Positions 49,946 through 60,759 of a DNA stretch of 64,000 bases are shown here, one piece after another. Numbering within the stretch: the first letter of the stretch is position 1; each line of letters opens with the position of its first letter. Source of the stretch: Antedon mediterranea (Eukaryota > Animalia > Echinodermata); contig NC_092679.1 of NCBI RefSeq assembly GCF_964355755.1, positions 10,895,432 through 10,959,431 on the forward strand. Direction: 5' to 3'. The notes beneath the pieces were generated by a model. It saw nothing but the letters and a program-made list of their open reading frames with translations. It ran no database searches and was not told the DNA's origin. The position numbers and the translations under genes are program-made.

Positions 49946-52900
49946 CTACATTAAATAGAAGCTATTCTAAAAGGTGTTTTGTGTATGTTGGTGTGTGAGT
50001 GTGTTTATGTATGGTTAGTAGATAAATGAAACATTGTTAGTAAATTAAAGCAAAACATTTATAATGAGTTTACTGATTACCTTAATTATTAATAAGCCAT
50101 TAACTTGTATGTGAAGTGGAGGATGTCTAAAACCACAGCAGTAACTGAGAAAAAAAATGAAAAAGCACATTTTAATAAACATTAGAAGTTGTCTAAAAAA
50201 AGTTTTAATTTTGGGTTTGAAATGTAATACTTTACTAACAATTCTCAGATGTGTTACATTACACTTTTCTCGCTTCATTTTTAATTGTAAATGTATTTGC
50301 TTTGTATTGGCTTTAGAATTAATTTAAGAAACCTGTTAAATTACATTTCTAGTCATTGACTTGGGTGCTTTGTTGTATTTAATTGGGCTTAAAATTGTTT
50401 AATGGTCATCTTGTTTTAACATGAATTAATGTGTATGAAAATAAGACTATTAGTTATATTCAACCATCTCCTTTTTTTTCTTCCTAAATGTATTATTCAT
50501 CTTGTTTCCACTTCCACTTCTAGATTATCCTCTTTCTTATCCATTATCACTGTTTAAAAAAAACCCATTATATTCAGTCATTAGTATACAGTACTAATAA
50601 AACTAATAACATTTTTAGTGCATTATTCATTTTTATGACCTAAACAGACTGTATTTCTGTGTATAATATATTGTGAGCTTTAACAATGTACCCAAACAAG
50701 AACAGCTGATGGAGAAGGGAAAGCTAAATTGAATTTGGGCATTTCAAATTAACTACTTTTTTACTGTCTTTTGTAATTGTGTTGTCAACTAATCACATTA
50801 GACATTTTGTTTGATAAATGTAATGTAAATTTAATTTCTAATTGTACTGCTACAATTATTACTATTATCTGATGGTTTAAAGCGTAAAGCAATATTGAGA
50901 TGACCAATTACCTTTAAAAGACATCAAATTGTGAAGTAAGACTTGTTGAAAGCAACAATACTTGGTACTAATCATAGCAGAGGCTGAAAATATAATTAAT
51001 AAAAAAAATATGTGAATAAACATTTTTACTTGTAGTACTAGCATTTTTTTTTATTATCATTTTTCCACCTAAATTACCTCTTTATTTTACATTTACTCTA
51101 TTTCAATACTATATGTTATTAGTTTGACTGGCCTCATTACATGTCCTACCATTGATTTCATCCTTTATTGTAATATAAAATATTAATTTAATTGATTGTT
51201 TTAATGTAAGGTATGATTTTAGTCATATATTCAACCATATATTTTCTGCTCCTTCATCTTGTTATTTTCCTCTCTTCTAGACCTTTTTTCCATTTGTACC
51301 ATCATGTTTTTCACTGAAAAAAAAAACTGAATACAGTCAACACCAACAGCATTCAATAGTTACTATTTTAAGAAATCTCTTTTGTTACCACTAGGCCTAC
51401 TACCATTATTTGCATTGAATTATTATTATTTATTACTTTATTTATAATTTTAAGGAGTAATTGTTATTTTTATGACCTAAAAATAATTGTATTTTCATAT
51501 GTTGTTAGTAACATTAAAACGTTGATTAAGCGTGGGACTTAAAATACCTGAAGTTAAGTTGAGTTTTGAGTCATCAGAAATTGAATAGGCTAGTTGATTG
51601 AATACTCCAAACCGGACACTAAAACTAAAAATTTATTTGCATTATAATATAAGTCATATAGTATTTTTAATTCATGAAAATAGTATTACAAAATTATGTT
51701 TAAAATATTTACGATGGATGCTTGATTACTGATTTAATGCGGGGCTTGTTCTAACTAAACTAAACTGCTGTGTTTAATTGTGTCCTACAACAAACTCCTA
51801 ATTGTGTCCTATAATAACTGTACCCCTACACATGTCTAACTACTTGAATGTCTTGTATTGTTGGGTTGTTTTATAGATGATTTCTCAACCAATTATACTT
51901 TCAGATTGTCTAAAATATTTACTCCTAATTGTGTTCTATAATAACTGTACCCCTACACATGTCTAACTACTTGAATGTCCTGTATTGTTGAGTGATTTAA
52001 TAGATGATTTCTCAACCAATTACACTTTCAGATTGTCTAAAATATGTACTCTTAATTGTCTTCTATAATAACTGTACCACTACACATGTCTAACTACTTG
52101 AATGTCCTGTATTATTGGTTTGTTTAATAGATGATTTCTCAACCAATTATACTTTCAGATTGTCTAAATATGTACTCTTAATTGTGTTCTATAATAACTG
52201 TACCCCTATACATGTCTAACTAGTTTAATGTTGTGTCAATAAATGATTTCTAAACCAATTTTTTCCTACAATTAACTAAATAAACTGCAATGTTTATGTG
52301 TTTATTTTTTCCTACAGTAAATAACTAAACTGAACTGTATTGCTGTGTCTGCATTTGTAATACAACAATTAACCAAACTGTTCATTTTTGTCCAACAACC
52401 AACTAAAACTAAACTTCATTCCTCTGTTATTTTTTTTTCCCTATACAGTAAATAACTAAACTCAACTGAACTGCATTCTCCTGTTTAAATTAGTTCTACA
52501 ACCAACTACTAAACTACATTGCTCCGTTTAATTTTTATATACAGTAAACATAAACTAAACTGAACTGTATTCCTCCGTTTAATTTTAAGCAACTAACTAA
52601 GCTTTATTGATGTTGAATTTTGTCCTACAACTAATAAGCCTAGATCAAACTTTTGTTGTGTTTAATTTTGTCCTACAACTACATTGTTATGTTTAATTTT
52701 GTCCTACATTAAATACAAGCTATTCTAAAAGGTGTTTTGTGTATGTTGGTGTGTGAGTGTGTTTATGTATGGTTAGTAGATAAATGAAACATTGTTAGTA
52801 AATTAAAGCAAAACATTTATAATGAGTTTACTGATTACCTTAATTATTAATAAGCCATTAACTTGTATGTGAAGTGAAGGATGTTTGAAACCACAGCAGT

Positions 52901-53660
52901 AACTGAAAAATGAAAAAGCACATTTTAATAAACATTAGAAGTTGTCTAAAATAAAAGTTTTAATTTTGTATTTTATTTATATTACATTTCTAACAATTCT
53001 GACTGTTACATTACACTTTTCTCACTTCATTTTAATTGTCAATGTATTTGCTTTGTATTGGCTTTAGAATTAATTTAAGACACCTGTTAAATCACATTTC
53101 ATGGCATTGACTTGGGTGCTTTGTTGTATTTAATTGGGCTTAAAATAGTTTAATAGTCATTTTGTTTTAACATGAATTAATGTGTATGAAAATCGCCATA
53201 CAGATAAGTATACCATATTTTTCCTGCTCCTTCATCTTGTTATTTTCCTCTCTTCTAGATATATTTTTCTCCATTTGTACCATAATGTGTTTCACTGAAA
53301 AAAAAACTGAATACAGTCAACACCAACAGTATTTAATAGTTACTATTTCATAACATCTCTTTTGCTACCATTATTTGGATTGAATTAATGTTTATTTATA
53401 GTTTTAAGGAGTAATTGTTATTTTCATATGTTGTTAGTCACATTAAACATAAGTTGAATAAGCTTGGGACTTAAAATACCTGAAGTTAAGTTGATTATTG
53501 AGTCATCAGAAATTGAGTAGTTGATTGAATACTCCAAACCGGACACTAAAACTAAAAATTAATTTGCTTTGTATTTGTAAATCATAATAGTATGTTTAAT
53601 TCGTGAATGTTAAAAATATTTGGGATGGATGCTTGATTTAATGCAGGGATTGTTCTAAGC
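49946..53660. repeat. Local segmental duplication (~2.76-kb offset for the first block) enclosing a second satellite patch at 51750-52705
   Basis: 49946-50445 matches 52705-53192; 51233-51755 matches 53212-53657. Confidence 0.9.
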
Positions 53661-53699
53661 TAGCTGTTAATGATGTAGAAGGGAAACCTACAGTACACC

Positions 53700-54215
53700 T
53701 TCTGTAAATGTCTAGGCTAGGCCTATGCTAGAAGTCAGATAGGCCCTAACATACATAATGTAGGTAGGGCCTAGAAAACTGTCAAAGCCTTTACTAGAGG
53801 TTCTAGCCTAGGCCTAGTCTAGTTTTAGGATGTAGGCTACATCTAGGCCTAGGCAGGCTTCTAGCACTGAGTACTACCTCTAGGCCTAGCCTAGCCTGAG
53901 ACAGGCTAGGTAGGAGTAGGCTAGGCCTATTAGGCTTCCAGGCTAAAGCTGTAAATAATAGGCCATGCTTATTTCTAGACATAGGACTAGTCAGTGCCTA
54001 TCCTATGCCTAGATTCCAGAAAAGTTAGGTCTAGGCCTACTCTGTTTATGGACTTACAAACCTGTAAACAGACACTAGGGCCTAGGCCTAATGTAGACCG
54101 AGGCCTAAGCGGTAAGCCTAATTAGGCCGCCTGGGCCGGGCGCAGCAGCCCCCCGGCTGCACACAAGGTTTGGCATTTTATGTGCATCATAGACCTAAGG
54201 CCTAGGCCCCTAATT
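53700..54215. repeat. TAGGCCTA/CTAG-rich tract
   Basis: Many TAGGCCTA, CTAGGC and GCCTAG words clustered together. Confidence 0.85.
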
Positions 54216-55688
54216 TACCTCTCATAGATTACCGCCAGAGAGTCAGATAACAACATTAAATATATAACATTGAACTATAACTATTTAAAAATCTATATTA
54301 CAACAAAAATAAATAAAAACTTACGGTATACCTGGTTTATCTATAGTTTGCTGTAGGCTGTCGATGCTGTTGGGCCTAGGATGCTGTGGTTCCAGTGAAA
54401 ATGCTTAGGATTTTTAAATTTCGTGACATTTAATCGCCAATTTAATTGTTTTAAAACTATATAAATCAATAAAATCAACGTCTAGTGGATGCAGAATGTT
54501 TTAATGATTACACACATTAAAGGAATTTTTGTTTCTAAAATGTTAAACAAAATAAATCGTAATTTAATACAAGACCTGCCACAAGTCCTTAAATTTGAAA
54601 CGTCTTCCAATTTTAAAATGATAACAAAATTCCGAAAAATTGTAATATATACTTTTAAAATAATCATTTGCTAACTAAATGATGACTAATAATGAAAATA
54701 AAGCTTTTCATTATGTAAATTGCAATTTAATGATAATAAAGATATTTTAATAAGTCATTTTACATTTATAATAAACTTTGAGTGAACGAGACAATTATAT
54801 TTGAGTTCTAGCGACCACAAAATCTAAAAAAAGTCGGTTTTTATTAAAAATATAAACACGCTTAAATTCAAAAAATCAAAATAGCAGATCGATAGTATGT
54901 TAAACATAGACTAACATACCTAAAAATAGTTTGTTTTCGTAAAGTAACCACGTTGTAAAAGCATTTTCAAAATTAAGAAAATACGTAGCAAACGGCCAAA
55001 ATGAGCAATATTTTTTTAATATCTCCGAATTTTTTTAGTTTTATAAATCCAAATTTGGCACACATAATCCAACAATATATATGAACACATTGTACAAAAA
55101 TTACATTTATTGAGTAAATACGTTAAACGCAATGACTATTTGAGTTTTGGTACGTAGCAAAATGACATCCCAATTTTTCGCGAAAAAATTCAATATAGAA
55201 TTATTTTTTTAAAGTAACTTAAAATTAAGATAAATCGATGAAATTTCGTATACACGTTCTTTATATGATCTTCTATCGTATACAACAAAGAAATTTCAAA
55301 TCGGATAAGTAAAAAAAAAATTAGAAGTTCAAGACGGTTTAGGTTGGTTGTTGTCAAATCAGGCCTATCAAAACTACTACCCGATAAGTAGGCATGATTC
55401 AGAAACCAATATTTCAAAAAGTGCGTGATAAGAAAATATAAGCTGATGATAGGGTAAACTCTATTAAATTGTCTTTATAAATGTGGTTATCCGATCAAAT
55501 TTCGATCATTTTTACAAAAGTTATCGTAATTTAAAAATTTAAATTCTCAAGACGCTTTTGGCCGTTTGCTCCTATCGATGAGCACTGTAATTGAATAGGA
55601 AAACATATACGTCACAGGTCAAAATGCAAAGTAGCAAAGGCCATTTGAGAAATAGCACTATATATCCATCGTAGCAAAGGCCGTTGAG

Positions 55689-55691
<3 letters not shown>

Positions 55692-55734
<43 letters not shown>

Positions 55735-56065
55735 CATACTGTAAATTATAGAAACAGTGCTCATATTCGGAACATGATCTCATAATCGCGTCGAGCATAG
55801 CTCATTGGCGAAAGTTCCGTATTTTTTAGTTGTATGAAAAAATGTCTCTGGCTGGATTCGAACCTGCAACCTCTCGCTTACAGGGCGAGTATCATACCAC
55901 TAGACCACAGAGCCATGTATGGTATTATCACAGATTTTCACCCACCAGATACATTCTCTCATACAACAAACGCCCTCACAATCAGTGGAGGCTTAACAAG
56001 TCAGAATAAATTCCAACTTTAATTCGCAACGGTTTTTTAAATAATATTGTGTATATGTAAATCAA

Positions 56066-56142
<77 letters not shown>
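55692..56142 (-). mobile_element. ~340-bp element flanked by two (TA)n microsatellites, containing a tRNA-like sequence
   Basis: (TA)n at ~55692-55731 and ~56068-56142 enclose a tRNA-shaped unit. Confidence 0.6.
55843..55914 (-). tRNA. tRNA-like pseudogene or SINE head (tRNA-Pro-like body, TGT anticodon)
   Basis: GGCTCTG TGGTCTAGTGGTATGATA CTCGC CCTGTAA GCGAG AGGTT GCAGG TTCGAAT CCAGC CAGAGAC A; A and B boxes present; one mismatch each in the acceptor and T stems; followed by TTTTTT. Confidence 0.6.
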
Positions 56143-56146
<4 letters not shown>

Positions 56147-56279
56147 ATCTGTATTTTATTGTTAACCGTTTTTGATGTATTGTTTTTTGTTTCAAACCTG
56201 TTAGTGGCGGTATTTATCGCTGTTGGTTTTGACTGAATAAAATAAAATAAAATAAAATAAAAATACTCATGATATTAAC

Positions 56280-56990
56280 GGTTTCAGGACGATTCGGCCC
56301 TGAGACAATTCGGCCCGGGACTATTCAGCCCGCTTTTGGTGGGACGATTCGGCAAACTTTCAGGCCCAAACATCCCACTTTGTGGGCCGAAACGTCTCAC
56401 TTTAGACCAGATTTATAATCATTCTTTTGGGTGTTTAACAATCCGTAATTTATTGATAATGATATTGACAATGTTGATATAAAATATATAATAAATTACA
56501 AAAAAAACGTAATTTTATATTCAACTTATTACTTCATATTTTTCTATGTATTTTTCTAAATTTGTTAAATGTCGGTTTTATTGTATCGTTCAAGTTGACA
56601 GGGGGGGCTGGTCAAGCACATCACAAGATGACAGTTTAATACTTTTGCTTTTCCGCTACTCCCCTGTTATACTTATATGTTTGTTTTTTTGTTGCTATGT
56701 AGAAAGATTGAAAATAAATAAAAATAAATAAAAACCTTGTTTATTTCGTGCATTCGCCAAGCGGCCAACTTGTTTACATCGTTTGCGTGACTAAAAAATG
56801 ATCATTTTCGACAATGTTTTCATTCATTCATGCTTTATTGCATCTTAATCCCTAGTAGTACTACCCTATAGTCTCTAAAAATAAATTTTGGGGAAAAAAA
56901 GCTTATTCTATGATAAATTTAAGTGTGCCGAATCGCCCCGGGCCAAAGTCCCAGGGCCGAATTGTCTCAGGGCCGAATCGTCCTATTACC
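56280..56990. mobile_element. MITE with GG...CC ends, 15-bp subterminal repeats and 8-bp TSD (MULE/Merlin-like)
   Basis: TIR GGT...AGGACGATTCGGCCCTGAGACAATTCGGCCC; TSD ATATTAAC at 56272-56279 and 56991-56998. Confidence 0.9.
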
Positions 56991-57658
56991 ATATTAACAT
57001 CGATAGTTATGGTGTTCAGGAATTATCTGAACAATTTGAATCTTTTAAGGATCCAAATTTGGATGTGGAAACCTCAAATCAGTTAATGAAGTATATATAT
57101 GTCTGAAAAATGATGTTGGTTGAACCTAACGAAATTCCCTTAGGGACACGAATGGACCAGGTTATTGATAGAAAGTCAGGCCAGTACATTTATAAAACGA
57201 TTACAGAAACATTTCAGTATGTTCTATTCTTAAAGTATTACCTATTATTCTACAAAAGTATGTTTTAGAATTAATGGAAGGAGAGGGTAATGTGCAATGT
57301 GGATGTCCTGCTAAATGTCAATATCTCAAATATATTGTGATGGTATAATCAGCATGGATTTCTTAGTCGAACATCCAAATGATTTACGCTTTCAACTTGA
57401 TTACGATAATGTTGAGGTGGTAAACCCACTAGGTAGTCAAAATGTATTCATAGGCCTATTTTATTGCTGTATTGAAAAATCTTCCAAGACGATATAATTC
57501 TACAATGAATAGCATCCATCTATTAGCCGTGTGTTAAACTGCTGATATGAAAAAATGGAGTGCGACACCGGTGTTAAAATAACTTTCAATGGAAGAAATA
57601 CTACAGTTCATGGTACATTAGTTTCATTTTGTGGTAACACATTGGCAGCACATGATTT

Positions 57659-57910
57659 ATATTGGAAATATTCTTTTTTTCAAACCAATAATTAGTAAAA
57701 CTAACCGTGACAGTTTCGCTGTCCTGATCGGACAGCTTCTTCAGAAATAATGACGATCTATCATCAAACAGACTAACCTCATTATTTCTGAAGAAGCTGT
57801 CCGATCAGGACAGCGAAACTGTCAAGGTTAGTTTTACTAATTATTGGTTTGAAAAAAAGAATATTTCCAATATACTTATACCTACAAACCAGATGAACAT
57901 TTTCAATCAT
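57659..57910. mobile_element. Penelope-like pLTR insertion with inverted duplication
   Basis: 10-bp TSD CACATGATTT (57649-57658, 57911-57920); 96-bp inverted arms 57658-57753 and 57779-57874 with one mismatch; removal restores AAHD-LLGF. Confidence 0.85.
57771..57832 (+). ncRNA. Minimal type I hammerhead ribozyme motif
   Basis: CTGAAGA (57788) - helix II GCTGTCC/GGACAGC - GAAA - CT-GTC cleavage triplet; helix I CTAACCT/AGGTTAG. Confidence 0.75.
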
Positions 57911-59089
57911 CACATGATTTGCTTGGATTCAACTGCAAACATGCTTTGTAGGCTTTGAAAAGGTACACAAGATATTCAGACATTTTTTCTAGAAGACTTG
58001 GAGCTGAGGAATATAGAGGAGCATGAGCAGCTCAAATAGCTCAGAGAAATGGATCAGACCCAACAACAGGGATACGAAGACCATGTTTGCTTGATCGTTT
58101 AAGATGTTTACACTCGGTAACTAACTTTATTGGTGAACAGATTTATTTGTGTTGATAACTTTTTGTCATTAAATGAATTCAATCGACGTGTCAGTTCCAT
58201 GCATTTCGTGTGATCGAGTCAGAAACACCTACTTACAACAATGGAAAAACTTAATACTCTGATAGATTATCTTCCATTGACTGTACTAAATTCCCACACT
58301 GTACATTCTTCAGTATATTTATGTCCTCGATATTCACTTGTTAACAGATGTCACTGAAATTAGCAAGCTTTTTTTAAAGCAACATTATGGTTTTGTAATT
58401 GTTACATTTCAGGTGTTGAAGGTTCTGTTGGTTTTAAGGGTTTGTGATGTTAATTAATGTTGCTTTCTTTTATTACTGTATTTTCTGTCTGAATGTATTT
58501 GCTCTCTTTTCTCATTTTGATCATAATATTGTATATATATCGTTACTGTCCCCCTATGTTTTGTCACATCATGTTTCATGCATGCAACTGTATCATGTAA
58601 TGTTTTATGCTACTTATTTTTCTGTATATAAATTTCAAATGGGCCATTCATTTTATCATTGATTTTTATTGATGAACTCTGCTGATGATTGAGATTTAAT
58701 TAGTTCCAATTAAATAAAATAAAGATATGTTGATAATTTTTAGTACAGGGTTGAACATTAATTCTACTACTGAAAATAAATTTTTGATTATCATATGAAT
58801 AATCACTTAATAATTCAGTGCTTAAAACATTCTTATACAGTGTAAATTAGCAGAAACAATCAGAGAAGAACCTCATTTAAAAGAAATCGCAAAACACATT
58901 GGGTACGTTTTCTTTATAATTACACACCACATTTATTGTTGTCTACAGTAGGCCTATAAAGTCATATTTTCATTCAGTTTTAAAGTAATAATAATAATTA
59001 TAAATGGGGCTTATTCAACTATCAACAAATTTCAAAGGGCATGTTTATAGGAACATTTAAGCTTGTAGAGATGTACTGTAATAATACTT

Positions 59090-59275
59090 CTTTAAGGATA
59101 ACAAAGAAGATAACTTTTTTTAAAGCTAATGATGTTGACCTAATGGTCCTAAAAACGCTTGACGAAAATGATATGCAATCGCTGGGGATAGAATCATTTG
59201 AGGTAACACAAAAGCTGAAAATATTTATTCAAAATTTAGATGAAAACAAAACTAACACATCAGACTCAGTTTTGG
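59090..59275 (+). pseudogene. SAM-domain exon remnant (transposon-associated SAMD3-like, tentative)
   Basis: FFKANDVDLMVLKTLDENDMQSLGIESF...KLKIFIQNL fits the SAM helix pattern; ends at a GTATGT donor; candidate exon 59578-59651 follows. Confidence 0.65.
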
Positions 59276-60759
59276 TATGTGATTTGGTATTTTCATTACA
59301 GATTTTTATTTGTAAAACATTCAACATTATATTTGTTCTCCTATTCATCTCTCAAATCACTTGCCTCTTTTGATCAACTAATTGGAATTAATTTTGTGCT
59401 TAATTTCAAATCAAACTATAAACAAAATATACAGACTAACTTGCAGTAAAACCAACCAATTTTTGGATTTTCCTGGCTAATATACTAAAAGTCACATGGC
59501 ACTGTTTATTCTTGCTTTACCAAATTAGTCTTAAAACAGTGCTTTAACCTAATGATCTCTTCATAACTTGTTATTAGAATGTGTCCACAAGTAGTACAGT
59601 TGAAGAAAATGAATGTAGGCCTCCTAGTACCAAAAGGAGATGTGACAATGTGGTAGGTTGTTAGCTGGTAAAAAGCGGTAATGTACAAACGTCATAAGCT
59701 AGCTATAGGCCTAGTCTGACGTTGTCTTGTTGCTAAATTAATTGTCTTTTTCTTTGTCCTTTTTTTGGCAGAATTTATTAATACAAATTGGGAAAGACTA
59801 GGTATTTTCGCTGAAAAGTTAGGTTTTTTTTAAAGTGTCATTAAGCATGATCTCTTTCATAAATAGTGATTAGTACAAAAGTTGATATTCAAGAACCTAC
59901 GAACTTACAAAATAAATCAAATGACAAAAAGAAAGCATTTGTTGCACTTGTCAGGTGAAATACAAAACATGATTTTGTTTGCTAGCCATACAGTAAAGTG
60001 CCTATAGTAAATACAAATGAAGTTTTGTCATTTTATATATTATACTGATACACAGTACAATAAAATAGACATTTTATTTATAAAAGAAGATTGTTTAATA
60101 TTTGTTATTGTTATTAATATTGCCATAGTAGACCATAGCATTAAATCCCAGGTTTGCGGTAAAATTTGTCTATGACAAAATATATTTATGAAGCTGCTTT
60201 GTACAACATGTGTGCTTGATTGTCAATTGCTATAATCCTTGATTGCCTGGGAAACTGTGTAACATTTATTTATGTTTTACAGCACTTTACAAGAAATATT
60301 GCATGCGTGTAATATCCATTGAATGGATATTATTGGATTCCATATCCATATACAAGATACAACAAATTGATAATTACGATTTATCTGAAATAAGAAATAA
60401 CAAATGAGTGTTGCAGAAAACTTAGATGATACAAGTTCAGAGGAGAGGAGAATTTTAAACGAAAGAAGATATCGGACTGTGAAGAAGTTGAAACAGAAGA
60501 TGAAATGCAACATATAACACACAACAAATTAAAACACAAACAACATTCTTTTAACAGTGATGACTTCAGATGATGAGTAGATAAAACAAAAGTACAAAAG
60601 AAAGAAGATAACAGACCATGAAAGAGATGAAACATCAGAAGAGGACATGTGGCATACAACACACAAGAAATTAAAACAAAAAAACAGAAAGAATAAGAAG
60701 AAAGAAAAAGAAGAAGGTGGAAAATAACATATCTGTTCAGGTTATAAAAAAAAAATGGT

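Larger units (their letters stand above)
56999..58250 (+). pseudogene. Degenerate CMC/EnSpm (CACTA)-type transposase
   Basis: Fragments LVEPNEIPLGTR...TFQYV, LRFQLDYDNVEVVNPLGS..IGLFY, YNS.M.SIHLLAV, VHGTLVSFCGNTLAAHD|LLGF, ANMLCRL, GIRRPCLL; many stops and frameshifts. Confidence 0.75.

Noticed and set aside
54980-55590. GTAGCAAACGGCC inverted motifs ending GCACTGTA, a possible Tc1/mariner MITE end
   Set aside because: No matching opposite terminus or TSD could be fixed.
55843-55914. Functional tRNA-Thr(TGT) gene
   Set aside because: Stem mismatches, C at the U33 position, a Pro-like body and repeat context; kept only as tRNA-like.
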